DNA of 64,000 nt from Squalus acanthias (Eukaryota): assembly GCA_030390025.1 (NCBI GenBank), contig CM059425.1, positions 170,502,001-170,566,000 of the forward strand. Direction: 5' to 3'. Numbering within the stretch: position 1 is the first letter of the stretch; each line of letters begins with the position of its first letter. Shown piece after piece: positions 12,688 through 26,583 of the stretch. The position numbers were made by a program, and so were the translations under genes. The notes beneath the pieces were generated by a model. That model saw only the letters and a program-made list of their open reading frames with translations. It did not search any database and was not told the DNA's origin.

Positions 12688-14068
12688 AAGAAAAAGAAAG
12701 ACTTGCATTTATATAGCGCTTTTCACGACCACCGGACATCCCAAAGCACTTTACAGACAATGAAGTACTTTTGAAGTGTAGTCACTGTTGTAATATAGGA
12801 AACACGGCAGCCAATTTGCAAACAGCAAGCTCCCACAAACAGCAGTGTGATAATGACCAGATAATCTGTTTTTAGTGATGTTGATAAATATTGGCCAGGA
12901 CACCGGGGAGAACTCCCCTGCTCTTCTTCGAAATAGTGCCATAGGATCTTTTCCGTCCACCTGAGAAAGCAGACGGTGTGTAGGAAAGGCTGATATTTAA
13001 AGATATTTAGTAGACAAGAATCATATATGTATAACTTCAAGTGTAGCCATTGACCAAATAATATTACCCATAATTACTCCTGGGTAACTAAAAAGCTAAG
13101 ACTTGTTCAGAATGCAGCTGCGAGGACAGTCAAAAGCAGTTTTGACTAAGCTTTGATAACAAACAGCCACAGGCTGCTTGTGAAGGTCAAATCATTAAAT
13201 AACATACTATAATGCTGAGTAGAACTTAGAGTTCGCTTAACAAAACTAATTGCAACGATATTTAAAGGATAATTAGTATAAGGACATAAAATGAGAGAGA
13301 TCATGGAAGTTAAGGTATTTATCTGGTAGATTAAAGTGAGATAGTCTGGATACCTCAAGACAAGTAAAACAGCGCTGATATGGGCCCTTGGTATAAAGGC
13401 CTTGTACCAGGGAGGCTATGAAATGAAAGAGATATGGTCAATTCCAATGGGGTGAAAAACCATAAACAAGATAACAAGACAGCTGGATAGGGTTGTGGAA
13501 ATGTACTGGAAAAAGAGTGGCCAGGTTACTAGCCTTAACCTGAGTGACAATGGTATTTTGACCATTAGAACCAATTAAAGGTGATTTAGTTAAAGACCAT
13601 ATATGGACACTGGTCAAACAAACTGTTGATAAGGAATGGGTTAAAACCTCGATACTCAAAGAACAACTTTACACAGAGATTTGCTGCGAAGAAAAGGAAC
13701 AGACTTACGACGATGTTGCCTGTGTCCGAAGGGCTCCAGAGACCAAGGGCTGCGTGCTATTCATTTTGACTATCGCCTAATGTTAAGTATTGATTACACT
13801 GTAAGCTTAATAAATCTGATCTATTGCTCAAAACTATTCGCTGCTGCCTATTTGTGTCTTGTCCAACAACTCTGAGAGGTCACTTGATTGACTCACAGGG
13901 GCCTCGGTTTAACATCTCATCCGAAAGACGGCACCTCCGACAGTGCAGCACTCCCTCAGTACTGCACTGGGAGTGTCAGCCTAGATTTTTGTGCTCAAGT
14001 CTCTGGAGTGGGATTATGAACACACAACCTTCTGACTCAGAGGCAAGTGTGCTACCAACTGAGCCACG
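12688..14068 (-). mobile_element. tRNA-derived SINE, split by a solo LTR
   Basis: Segments 12688-12976 and 13898-14068 join into the reverse complement of the SINE at 45199-45662. Confidence 0.8.
12977..13897 (+). mobile_element. Probable solo LTR (~0.92 kb)
   Basis: TG...CA ends, TATAAA near 13392 and AATAAA near 13809. Cleanly interrupts a SINE; TSD imperfect. Confidence 0.65.
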
Positions 14069-14717
14069 GCAATCAATGTAAACTGAGGCAAATCATCCTT
14101 TGAAGTTGGTGCCTACACTCTAGATAGTGTTTGTGCATTCCTCACCTCCCCTACACATAAACGCAAAAGAACTATCTTCCGAGTGCAGCCAACAGAAGCC
14201 CAGTTTTACACTACTTAACCTAGCAATAAATTCATATACAAAAACTTGTTATGAATTGAAACAGAATGTATTCTAGATCTGTCACATCCTGTTGTATCAA
14301 TATAGGTTTACCCCTTCCCAAGCTGGTTATCCTTAATAAAAACAGAAAATGCTGGAAATACTCAGCAGGTCAGGCAGCCTTATGCCTCTTTGAATGAATT
14401 TCCCAATTTGGTGCCTACTAATGCTGAACTATGGTCATTTTTATGGCTTATGCCCACAAAGAACTGGGTTAAGACAACCCAAAGGTATTTCATATCAGAC
14501 CAATATAAACAGTAGTGAGAGAAGACTTCAGTTTTTCAGTACATGGGTACCAAAGGTGAAAGACCGGTGGTGTGAGGCACAGAGTATAAATTTATGAAGA
14601 AATTAAAACAATGATAAAAGAAATCTGAATCTAAGCAAGAAAAAGTGTAAGATTGGTTTGGACAAAGAAAATTATATTGGACATCTACTAAAAGAAATGA
14701 TTTGAAGCTAGATCTTA

Positions 14718-15222
14718 GGCTTGCCTGGATGAGTTCAGCTCCATCAACACTCAAGAAGCTCGACACCATCCAGGACAAAGCAGCCCGCTTGATTGGCATC
14801 CCAACCACCACCTTAAACATTCACTCCCTCCACCACCGGCGCACCGTGGCTGCAGTGTGAACCATCTACAAGACGCACTGCAGCAACTCGCCAAGGCTTC
14901 TTCGGCAGCACCTCCCAAACCCGCAACCTCTTCCACCTAGAAGGACAAGGGCAGCAGGCGCATGGGAACACCACCACCTCCAAGTTCCCCTCCAAGTCAC
15001 ACACCATCCTGATGTGGAAATATATCGCCGATCCTTCATCATCGCTGGGTCAAAATCCTGGAGCTCCCTCCCTAACAGCACTGTGGGAGTACCTTCACCA
15101 CACAGACTGCAGCGGTTCAAGAAGGCGGCTCACCAGCACCTTCTCAAGGGCAATTAGGGATGGGCAATAAATGCTGGCCTTGCCAGCGACGCCCACATCC
15201 CATGAACGAATAATTTTTTTTT
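14718..15222 (+). mobile_element. Non-LTR retrotransposon 3' fragment
   Basis: LDTIQDKAARLIG...HRRTVAAV...KSWSSLP. A second copy lies in reverse at 33030-33495. Confidence 0.75.
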
Positions 15223-16664
15223 AGAAAATCTCATGAAATTGTTATTTCAGCAAGTGTTACATTCGCTGCTTCAAGGTCCCACTGCTTTAGCTCAGGACGG
15301 GAAAATCTCTCCCGTGTCTGAGTTATCATTTTGGTCAGACTATGAAAATTTTCTTTTCCTATTTTCTATCTCAGTAGGATTATTATTATTCTATGCCTTT
15401 CTGCTTCAGTAGTCCTCATGACTTATACCGCCCACACTTATGACAGGCAATCATTTATAACAGACAATTAATGATAACTATTTTCCATCACCATAGGAGT
15501 CAGTTACAAAGGCGCCACTTACAACGTATTAAGTGCGCCGGGTATCTCACCTATTGAAAGACCAGTGGTATGAGGCACAGATCGTAATTATAATGAAGAA
15601 ATGAAAACAATGATAAAAGAAATCTGAATCTACCTCAAGGACCCCTATCGGAAGAGTTGGGTACCACTCTGCGTTATACCAGATTATTGGGGTGGGTGCC
15701 TCTGAATTGCCCTTACACGTGTGGGCCACCTGCCCCAATAATGACACTGGCCCTGTAATTTGAAGCAGGGCCTACAGCAGGCTCCATGGGCAGATGGGAG
15801 TTCTGCTCCACTGCACATCCGCTGGTGAAGTGCGATTTCCAGAATATCGGCCCCAAATCTTCAAGTTAAACAACAACAACAACTTGCATTTATATAGCAT
15901 CCTTAATGTAGTAAAATGTCCCAAGGTGCTTCACAGGAGCGTAATCAGACAAAAATTGGCACCAAAATAAAAAGCAGCAAATATTCTAACAATGCGTCAA
16001 ACATGGGAGTAAGAGCTTGAATTAAGGTTCAAGGTCTGTGATTAACTAGTGACAATTTATTATTGCACTTCCAGATAACACATTGGTGGCACATATTGAG
16101 AGAATGTTGCTCTCAATTTCCCAGTGACCTTGCAGGCTCCAACAATGAGTAAATTTGAACCTGAAATAACAGGAAGAGCAAACACACAGCATTTGCCTTG
16201 AGTTACCACCTAGTCATGAAAACATCCAGTCGAATTATGTAGCGTGAGGGAGACTTCTCCAGGGTTAAGTTTCTGCAGCATTCATTAGAAGTGCATAGTG
16301 CTTAACCTTTAAAAAAATAATCTTGGTTATGGATTGCCTAGCAGCTAAAGTGTTTAAAAACATGCCCTTAATTGGCAGATTTCTTTCAAACACTTTTTTG
16401 TACTCCATGCTTACATGAACAATAAATGTAATTGATACGCAAAATTGCTGCAATAGTAGAGGGCATACAGCAGTATTTTTGGTAATTGTCCACTTTATTT
16501 ATGAAACACTTCAAATAAAACATGATCTATTGCTATTTTTTTCCTCTAACATCACAAGATTAGAGGATGAATACAGACAGAGCAGGCAATACAGGCCTCC
16601 CCGTCACATGAGCCAACTGTTTCTCAAGTGAGTGCAGGATTTTTGCCTCCATTACCACATCCAG

Positions 16665-16898
16665 TGTTGAGGCTGCCGCGAAACACGAATTAAGACTGAA
16701 TCCATGTGTGGGAAAACAAAGGCTTTTTAATACAACTGCATGGTCCAAAATGGCTGCAAACAGACTGCCCCCAGAATTCTCTGGAAAAACCCTGAGGCCC
16801 CGCCCACTCCTTTGCTCCTGCCTTAAAGGCAAGGTGCTCGATATATTGTCCACGGACGGAAAAGTGGATAATGCCCATTTAGGTGGCGATCCGCCACA
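16665..16898 (-). repeat. 3' LTR of Gypsy element 2 (234 bp)
   Basis: Direct repeat of 20771-21020. G-rich PPT adjacent at 16899-16910 on the minus strand. Confidence 0.95.
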
Positions 16899-16918
16899 CA
16901 GCTCCCCCCAGAATCCGC

Positions 16919-19900
16919 TTAGGAGGTGTGGACGAGACGGTGCGGCAGTCTGATGGGCCGGCCGGAGCGGCTCTTGTAGGACGCTGGTGGACGTGGAACG
17001 GCCGGGCGTGGAGCAGCCGGATGAACCGGCTTGAGGGCAGGTCGGCCGCGTGGTGGTGGACGAGCTACAGGGACCTGCTCACCGGGCTCCGAGTGTGCTG
17101 GCTTGAGTCGGTCAACCGACACTTTTTCGGTCCTGTCGCCCACTTGCAGGGTGAAAAATTTGTCCCCAGCCTGTAGCACCTTGTAGGGCCCGTCATACGG
17201 GGGTTGAAGGGGACCGCGGTGGGCGTCGTGCCAGACGAAAACGAACCGTGCCTGGTGCAGGCTTAGTGGGACGTGTGAGGTGGATTCGCCGTGTCGGGCA
17301 ATGGGCACCGGGGCGAACTGCAGCGCTGGTGAGGCGAAGTCGTGGCGTTGCTGGTCGGCTGACCAGGGTGTCGTGGCGGTGGGCAGGAACTCGCCGGGTA
17401 CGCGCAGCGGCTGACCGTACACGAGCTCTGCTGCCGATGCGTGGAGGTCTTCTTTAACCGCGGTGCGCAGGCCGAGGAGGACCCACGGAAGTCGGTCGGT
17501 CCAGGCGCCATCCTGGAGGCTGGCTCGAAGAGATGCCTTCAAGGATCTGTGGAACCGCTCACACAGTCCGTTGGCTTGGGGGTGGTACGCTGTGGTGCGG
17601 TGAATGGTCACCCCGAGATTGCGTGCAACGGCGGTCCAGAGTTCAGAGGTAAATTGCGGACCTCTGTCCGACGTCATGTCGGAGGGGACGCCGAACCGTG
17701 CGACCCAGGTGCTGACGAAGGCTCTGGCGATGTCGGCGGTGGTGGTAGAGGTCAGTGGAATTGCCTCGGGCCAGCGCGTGGTGTGGTCAACGATCATCAG
17801 CCAGTGCGTGTGGCCTTGCGACGGCGGCAGGGACCCGACGATGTCCACGTGGATGTGGTCGAATCTCCGCGAGGGGACGGTAAACACCTCGAGGGGTGCT
17901 TTCGTGTGATGCTGTACCTTGGCCCGTTGGCAGGCTAGGCAGGAGTTGGCCCAAGTACGCACATCCTTGCGAAGGCCGCGCCAGACAAAGCAGTTGGCTA
18001 CCAATTTGATGGATGCGCGGGCACCAGGGTGGGAGAGGTTGTGGAGAATGTCGAATAAATGGCGGCGCAGGACGCTGGGACGACGGGCCGAGGTTGACAT
18101 AGGGATATGTCGCACTTGACCGTGACTGCGGTCGGGCCACAGGCGACGTCGGCCAGGCGTAGCCCTGGTAGGTTGGTAGGTGCGGAGAGCAGATCAGGGT
18201 CGGTGATCTGGTCTGCTGCGAGTTGAGCGTAGTCGACTGCCAGGTGTGCAGCGTGGATGGCGGGGCGGGAGAGGCAGTCGGCTACCACATTGTCTCGGCC
18301 GGAGACGTGTTGGATGTCCGTGGTGAACTCGGACACTGCCGCGAGCTGGCGCTGCTGCCTGGCAGACCAGGGGTCGGTTGTCTTTGCCATTGCGAATGTC
18401 AGGGGCTTGTGGTCGACAAACGCAGTGAAGGGGTGGCCCTCAAGCAAAAACCAAAAATGGCGGACCGCCAGGAACAGCGCGAGGAGCTCGCGGTCGAAGG
18501 TGCTGTACTTGACCTCCGGGGGGCGTAGTTGGCGGCTGAAGAAGGCAAGTGGTTGCCAGGCGCTGTCGACCCACTGCTCATACACGGCGCCGACCGCGTG
18601 GTCGGAGGCGTCCGTGGTGAGCGCTACCCTGGCATTGGGCCGTGGGTGCGCGAGCAGGATGGCATTGGCGAGCGCGGTCTTGGTGGAGTCGAAGGCGGCG
18701 GACGCGTCTGCCGTCCATTCGACCGCCATCTTGCCGCTCCTGCCCCGGAGGGCTTAATACAGGGGCCTCATGGGGGACGCCACTTTGGGGATGAAACGGT
18801 TATAAAAATTCACCATCCCAAGGAACTCCTGGAGGCCTTTGATGGTGGTGGGGCGGGGAAATTGTTGGACGGCCTGCACCTTGGTTGGCAGGGGAATGGC
18901 CCCAGCATGGGTGATGTGGTGGCCGAGGAAGTCGATCTTGTCCAGGCCGAACTGGCATTTGGCTGGGCTGAGGATGAGCCCGTGGTCGCTGTGGCGCCCG
19001 AACAGGATGCGAAGGTGTTCGAGGTGTTCCTGCTTGGAGGAACTGGCTACCAGGATGTCGTCCAGGTAGACGAACAGGAACTTCAGGTCCCGAAGGATCG
19101 AGTCCATGAGCCGTTGGAATGCCTGGGCCGCGTTTTTGAGGCCGAACGGCATCCGCAGGAACTCGAACAGGCCGAAGGGGGTGATTACGGCCGTCTTGGG
19201 GACGTTCGCGGGGTGGACGGGGACTTGGTGGTAGCCGCGCACCAGGTCGACCTTGGAAAAGACTGAGCGGCCGGCCAGTCTAGCCGAGAAGTCCTGAATG
19301 TGCGGCACGGGGTACCGATCAGGGGTGGTGGCGTCGTTGAGGCGGCGGTAATCCCCGCAGGGGCGCCAACCCCCGCCTGGTTTGGGGGCGATGTGGAGTG
19401 GGGAGGCCCAGGGACTGTTGGAGCGGCGGATGATGCCGAGCTGTTCCATGGTGGCAAACTCGGTCCGCGCGATCTCCAGTTTGGCCGGGTCCAGCCTGCG
19501 GGCGTGGGCGTACACTGGGGGGCCTGTGGTGGGGATGAAGTGTTCCACCCCGTGTTTGCCGGCCTCCGCGGAGAAGGTCGGATTGGTAAGGGCCGGGAAT
19601 TCGGCCAGGAGTGCCGAGTAGTCATCCGTGGCCCGGGCGTGGCACTGTGACGCCATGTCGGCAGGTTGACGGGGGGCCATGGCGCCCAGGATGGGGGACA
19701 TGGTGTTCATGTCCACGAGGCGGTGACGAGGGATGTCTACCAGTAGGCCATGGGCGCACAGGAAATCTGCGCCGATGAGAGGGGAGAGCACCTTGGCAGT
19801 GATGAACTCCCATCGGTAGCGGCGACCAACGAGGTCGAGGGTGACTGTCCGGGTGCCGTACGTCCGGATTTCCGAGCCGTTAGCAGCAGCCAGCGCCGGT

Positions 19901-20730
19901 CCTCGTTCGCCCTTTTGGATGTCGAGGGAGGAGGCCGGGATGATGCTGTTCTGAGCTCCAGTGTCGCACAGGAACCGGCGGCAGGTTTTGTCATCCGTGA
20001 CGTACAGCAGGGAGCCCGCGTGGCCCACGGCCATCGCGGGGGCTGGTACAGGGGTGGACTTGAAAGAGCAGGGAGGTGTGCACCGTTGTGCCCTGGCGCC
20101 GAACCGTGCGTGGTAGTAACAGTGGCCCGGGTTAGTGGAGCGCGAAGGCCCCGTGGGCCTGGTGGCTGGTCCTTGTGGCCGCGTGCTGGATGGTGAGGGG
20201 CGCGCCCAGGCATTGGCTGCCAGGTCCGGAGTGACGTCGCGGCTGGAGTGAGCAGACAGCAGCTTGTCGGCCTCATCGGCCAGGGCTTCCAGGTTCGTGA
20301 GGCCGGACGCCACGCTCGCTGGGCGGATGCTGAGAGGGAGCTGGCGGATGAACAGCGTGCGGAAGAGGGATCCGGGTGGGCTCTCGTCGGTGAGGGAGAG
20401 CATGTGGGAGAGGAGATCTGACGGTGAGGCATCACCGAGGCCTGGAAGGTCGAGGAGGTGGCAGTTTCGCTGATATGCCGAGGCCATAAATTTTTTAAGG
20501 AGCGCTGCCTTGAGATGTGCATACTTGCCTTCCTCTGGTGGGTTCTGCAGCGCTGTCCAAACCTTCAAAACTGTGGCACTACTGAGTGATGTGACGAGGT
20601 AGTCGTACTGCGTCCCATCTGTGGTGATGTGTTGCAGCCGGAAGCGGGATTCAGCTTGGTAAAACCAGGCTTCGGGCTGGTTTTCCCAAAACTCTGGCAG
20701 TTTCACGGTAACTGCGTTCATGTCCGCCAT
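16919..20730 (-). pseudogene. gag-pol: gag-pol polyprotein with one premature stop (18754) and a frameshift near 18100
   Basis: Gag VKLPEFW and CYYHARFG..C...C. Protease LCDTGA. RT YLDD. RNase H TTDAS and VDHKPL. Integrase VDIVG, SDRGPQF, CERFHR and GPY. Confidence 0.93.
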
Positions 20731-20755
20731 TGCAGTGCTCGGAATACGTTCTGAG

Positions 20756-20769
20756 CGTCGGGGTCACCA
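20756..20769 (-). promoter_or_regulatory. Primer-binding site, tRNA-Trp
   Basis: TGGTGACCCCGACG, 1 nt from the 5' LTR; complementary to the 3' end of vertebrate tRNA-Trp. Confidence 0.85.
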
Positions 20770-20770
20770 A

Positions 20771-21020
20771 TGTTGAGGCTGCTGCGAAACACGAATTAAG
20801 ACTGAATCCATGTGTGGGAAAACAAAGGCTTTTTAATACAACTGCATGGTCCAAAATGGCTGCAAACAGACTGCCCCCAGAATTCACTGGAAAAATCCTG
20901 AGGCCCCGCCCACTCCTTTGCTCCTGCCTTGAAGGCAAGGAGCCTTAAAGGCAAGGTGCTCGATATATTGTCCACCGATGGAAAAGTGGATAATGCCCGT
21001 TTAGGTGGCGATCCGCCACA
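20771..21020 (-). repeat. 5' LTR of Gypsy element 2 (250 bp)
   Basis: Direct repeat of 16665-16898 plus a 16-bp tandem duplication. Confidence 0.95.
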
Positions 21021-23862
21021 CCAGAATCCATTGCATGAGTTCATCACTCTTTGCTTGAAGCAGAACCACCAGGCATCAGTCCTAACTTGGCTTTTTGTCA
21101 TTTTGAACCGATGCCTCCTTGTACTACTATCACAGTTTAACTAGAAGTAATGTTCTGGATCTACCTTTTCTATACTTTTTACTATTTTCATTGCCTAAAT
21201 AACGTCCTCTATTTGTTAACTTCATTGAAGGCAGAGGAGCCAAAATCTCCCATGTTTCCTCATTACGGAGACCCATGACAGATGGAATTATCCTCGTGGT
21301 TCTTCCCTGCACCACCTCCAAAGCTTGAATGTCTCCCCTGTGTGTTGGTGGTCAAAACTGGACACAGTACTCAAGACATGGTCTGATCAGAGCATTGTAC
21401 AATGTTAGTGCCTGTGCTCTAACTTGTCGGTCCCGGTATTCCTCTTTATAGTGCCTACTGAATACTCAGTTCCGAGATAGTACAGAGAAGAAAAGGGGGC
21501 ATAGACCCTTGGGGGAGAAGTTAGACCTCATTACAACCATTGTAGGGGAACAGTCCAATATTGGATCAGACCCTTTGTCAGGCAGCAACGGCAGTAATCT
21601 AAATCATCCTACATACGCAAATGAGGGACCTAGCGCCTATATTAGGTTCCCTCAGCAAAATTCAATATCCTGGAACAGGAGCTGGGCCTACTGCATTTCA
21701 ACAGTGTTAGAAACTAGGGGTGCCTAAAAATGTATATGGCTACGCAAATAATACCGTGTTTCAATGATTGTATGTTTCGGATCGAGACAAGTAAGGGGAT
21801 TTCATAAGTTTCGTTACCTGGAAAACTTGCATTAGAATTTGAGACAGTCTTTTTAATCAGTTAGATTAGGTGAGGCATAAACATTCCACACAGGGGCCCA
21901 TAGGATGGCCCTGCCAGGCTAGCTGGCTGTTGTTTGTAAGTTAGGGTTTTGACTTTGTTAATGTATCTTGAATTTGGTCAGTGAAGGCCCAACCTATGTT
22001 TCTTCCATTGTTACTAATAACCATATTATAATCTCTACAGATAGAATTTGGAGTTTGTTTAGCAGAACTGCTTGCGAAGATAATTAAAAGTTAATTAGGA
22101 AAAGACATAGAATGAAAGGAATTTGAGGAGGCTGAGGTATCCATCTTCGAATGGGCCATTTGTGAGATGAAGGTGAGATAGCGACTAGCTAACGTGTGGC
22201 AGCTCTGGCTGGGGCCATGATTAAGAGGGACAGGACCGGGCCTTGTACTTGCTGGGTTAAGGAGGATAGAGTCAAGAGAGATAACACACAAATTCCAAAG
22301 GAAGAACCTTCAGAAAGATTAAACAATAAGACAAATTGGATGAAGTAATGAGACCCCTTTTGGGGAGGGGGGCTTTCATCCAAGAACCAAGACAAAGAAA
22401 CTTGAGCTGTCATTGGGTGATGAAGTTTTGGAGGAACCTCTATAGGTTAAATGGTCTTGTCAATAACTTGGCCTCAGGCCCACCCCTAAAAAGCTAGGTG
22501 GAACCTTTCTTTACAGCTTATCGTATCATCTTTGTGCCTGGAGGCTTCTGGCTGCTGCTGGAGAAGACCTTAAGGCCATCTTAAGTCCTGCAACTGCACG
22601 GCTCTTGTGTCGTAGTTGCGTCTGTATTCCCACCCACTTTTCCTGTTGCAAGGCTCTTTCAAGCGGTGGGCCTGTGCCAGGAATGTCATCAGGACATAAA
22701 AATGACCCAGCCCATTAGATTAAGGTAATTCTAAGGTCTAAAATAGGTGTAATGAACTTCAGGCACACACAGGCATGTCCAGTGTCTTTGCGAAGGAAGG
22801 AGGAATACTGGGACTGGTTTCCGTGGATTTGTTCAGGGTTCTATTTGCTTTGTTGATTATTGTTTTGCTGTGAAATGCTAAGTAGATTGTTAATGATTTA
22901 GCACAATAGAATTTTATACTTTTGCCCAGAGAATACACTTAACTAAAGCTTTTTCAGATATGGTGTAATTGAGAACCCCATTTATTTGAAAAATAACTGT
23001 GTTTATCTGTAACAGTGGGAATCAAACTGCTTACAGAGTGTGAAATATGATTTCTACAGGCTTGGCCAAATCAGAATAATTTATTAAATCAAATCTTCCT
23101 GTAGAAGTAATTAGGGGAAGATTTACTTAAAGATCTACTTTTGTGTTCCTACCTATATTGATATTCTTGATTGGTTTAATTGGTATACTGTATTATTTTC
23201 AAAATAAAAATGGTATTGTTTTTGAACTATATCTGTTCAATAAGCCAGAAGAAATCAACGGTTTAAGACTCTTGCTGTGGCTCACCAAGTTTATCCACTG
23301 AACAACACAGACAAGGAAAGTCCCACATTTTGCGCTCACGGCCCGAATTTTCCATCATCCTCCATCGCTATACCATCTAATTTTGGGTGGGATCACAAAA
23401 GAAATCCAGCCCAAGATGTCCTTAAAGGGACCACTGGAGGCCACCACAAAAAGTAAGTATTTTCTTTTAAACTTAACTTCATGTGTAGCCGGGGGAGTCA
23501 GAGTGCTCCTCCTGGCTCCACAGCACTCCTGAACTTCGCTGCTGAGCCACGATTGCTCCCTCTCATTCTCTGCCCCATCTCTCCCCTCCCCGCCCCCCCG
23601 CCCCCTCCCCGAGATATCCAGCGTGCGTCGCACCAACCATTGAGCTTTTGGAAATGGGCAGAAACAAATCTTCAGCCCTGTTTCTAAATATGTTTCATAA
23701 TTTTAAGCACTTCATAATCTACTCTGTTCTAACAAAAGAGCCCCAATATTTCAAGTCTTTCTCCATATTTGTATTTCCTCATCCCAGGCAGCATCCTAGT
23801 GAATCCGCATTGTTCCTTCTCTAATACCTCCTTCTTTTAACGTGGAGCCCAAAAACACACTT

Positions 23863-24686
23863 GGGGCTAGAAATTCATCTCCTTACCGACACTTCATAGC
23901 GCCATGAAATGGTGATAAAATGGCAGCAGCCGCTGCTCTTTTGCCAGCTACTGGCGGGTCCCGCGGCAGCCGCCATATTGTTTTCCCCCTTTGCGCTGCC
24001 TGTAACTGGCGGCGCCCTGGAAAAAAAATGGCAGCGTGATGATGTCAATCGGCATGCAACACCGACTTAACGTCACCAGCGTGAACTTCGACCCTAGCAC
24101 TGGGTCCTAAGCAAGCAGGCTGACAGTGGCGACGTCTGCAGCTCTTAAAAGGACACACACATCATTCAGGTAAGTTTGAATTTAAGGATTTGGACTGTGT
24201 TTTTTTGATTTTATTGAAGTGGTGGCTTGCTGTATTAGATGTGAAAAGTTTTTTTAAGTGTGCTGCTGGACGCTTGCAAGGGCTCGGATGGTAAATGAAG
24301 GCCTTTGAGAAGACAGAACATACTGCGAATACTCAGCAGGTCATGCAAAATCCGTGGGGAGAACAACAGAGTTCATGTCTCAGGTTGACATGCTGAGTAT
24401 TTCCAGCATTTTATGCTGTCATTTCACATTTACAGCATCCGCTTGCAGAGGGAAGAGGAAGACGCAGAAGAGGAGGAAGCCAAAGAGGAGCAATCAGAAC
24501 TTTGTCCTGGATCCCTCCAGCAATGCCACCAGGACGGCGTTGCATGGAAGGTGAGCGCTGCGCCACCTATCTCCATGCCCCCCAGGCTAATTTCACTCAC
24601 TTAGCGTTGCGGCCATTTCCAGCGGCCGTTAACTGCAGTTGCCGGTGACACCGGCACCTTTGCTGGTGAACATGAATTTTTCCCCC
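23863..24686. mobile_element. Harbinger-type MITE inserted in an old CR1 fragment
   Basis: TIRs gggg..gaaattcat / atgaattt..cccc, with CR1-like sequence on both sides. Confidence 0.55.
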
Positions 24687-25800
24687 ATAGTACCTTACCA
24701 TGTGGTCTGACTGTTTTATATAGATTCACCATTACATCTCAACTTTTATATTCTATACCTCTTCCCATAAAACCCAGCAATCGATTTGCTTTTTTTAATG
24801 CTTCATCCACTTGAGGTACTGCGTTTGATGTCCTGTGAACTTGAACAACCATATCCCGCCACTCTTTCACATCATTCCGCCTTCCCTCACTCACAGAAAC
24901 AGACTTTGGAGTGACGGTGCAGATGGGGGTTAAGATGGCCGGGGGGTTCACACCGCGTTCCCGCACCTCACTACCTTATCTGAAATCAGGCACGAGAAGG
25001 CCACCCCCGGCCCAAAGTAGTGGGGTCCTAATTTAAATGCCAAAGTTGCGTTCCGATAATGTCATCGAGACGCGCGCGCCATTTTAACTGCGGACCGACT
25101 AAGGGCCACACAGTCTCCGACCTGCCAGCAAAACCAGGCGGCAGGCAACATCCTGGTCATAGGAGGCCCGGGTAAGTGCTTTTTTATATATACTGTTTAA
25201 AAGTTCCAAGTGGGCATTGAGGAGCATAAGTGCTCCTTCTGGCCCACAAGGATACCTTGGGCCTCCCCTACCCCAGTCTTCCTCCTCTCCCCGAGTGAGA
25301 ATTTTACTGAACCCCCTTCCTCGCTTATCTTACCGGGACCGTTTCCATGGGTTTCCGGTGGCGGCCTGGCCCCAGCATATATCCGCTCCCGCCTGCCGGC
25401 ATTGCAGTCATCCCCATCGGACGGGCAGGAGTCAGTGTCAGGGCCTACAGATGAAGCCAATTGAGGTAAAATCTCCCAGCCCTCATGCTCCGGGGCGTCG
25501 CCTGATTCGGCCCCCGCATGCACGATTCCTGCCCCGAGTTAAAATCGGGGCTTGGGTGGACAAATGTAGAGATATATCAGATATGGGAATAACTGTAAGA
25601 TCCTTAACAAGAAAGAGAAAGTAAAGCAAAAACAATACTTTAGATGCACCAGGGCAGTGGGACAAGAGGGCATAGGATCAAGGCTGTGATGGGGAAATTT
25701 AGGACAGCCATCGAGAAGTATTTCTTGACACAGAAGATGGTTAATATCTGGAACAGGTTGTCAGACAAATACTGTTTACAATTTGAAACAAAGACAATAG

Positions 25801-26583
25801 GGGGTGGAAATTGGGTATCGCCCATTTTGGGGCGCTAATATCGGACGGGCGCAAAGTTTAGTACCCGGCACTAATTATCGCCTCCGACTGCAAAATTCGC
25901 CGCTATCGGCCCTGGAGGTGATTTGAGCGCTAAATCAGGCGCTACACACGTTTCTTAAGGCACAAACGTCGAGGAGCGAGGCGTTACCTCAGAACGCTAC
26001 CGAAGCTCAGGCGATGTCAGTTACCATGGAAGCCAGGCAGACTGGCGCCGTCCAGTTCTTAAAGGGGAGGGGCCATCTTGCTGGCCAGCCACTCCCTACT
26101 CCTTGCAGCCTTGAATCTCGGCCTGGAGAGACCTCTAAACCAATTGTGTTGGAAGCTCTAATGGATAGGCCCAGGGAAAGAGCTCGGTGCTTAGGAACCT
26201 CAAAAGTGGTACTGAGGGCCAAAACTCCTCAGGACAGCGTTAAATCTCTCCAGACATCTCTCTCCCTCTCAACCTTGTGTACCAAAAATTTTGCCGACAA
26301 GAAAAGACAGGAAGCGCCTGCCTTTTAATAGCACTCCCCCAGCCCCTTCCTGACTTGAAAAAGTTCCCCTCTACCTGTCGTTCCTAGCAGCAGGCGCTAA
26401 GGCAGGGGGCGCGACTCAATATCTGGTCCGGGACACTACCGGGGCGTTGCACGCTCGACTGACGTCACAATCTGCAGGCGCAGAAGATCGTGGTGGTAGT
26501 GTTTAGCGCTGCCACAAAATGACTGGTCAATTCCACAAGCGGTGCTAAGTTCCTAGCGCGCTAGCCAACCGAATTTTTCCCCC
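25801..26583. mobile_element. Harbinger-type MITE
   Basis: TIRs gggg.ggaaatt / aatttttccccc and a 3-bp TSD TAG. Confidence 0.75.

Larger units (their letters stand above)
16665..21020 (-). mobile_element. Complete Ty3/Gypsy LTR retrotransposon (4.36 kb)
   Basis: Paired TG..CA LTRs, perfect 4-bp TSD CCAG (16661-16664 and 21021-21024), PBS, PPT and gag-pol. Confidence 0.96.

Noticed and set aside
16030..16195. Possible minus-strand host exon after a strong acceptor (ctcttcctgttatttcag)
   Set aside because: No recognisable peptide and no partner exons found.
17248..20522. Overlapping and antisense ORFs within Gypsy element 2
   Set aside because: Expected shadow ORFs of a GC-rich coding region.
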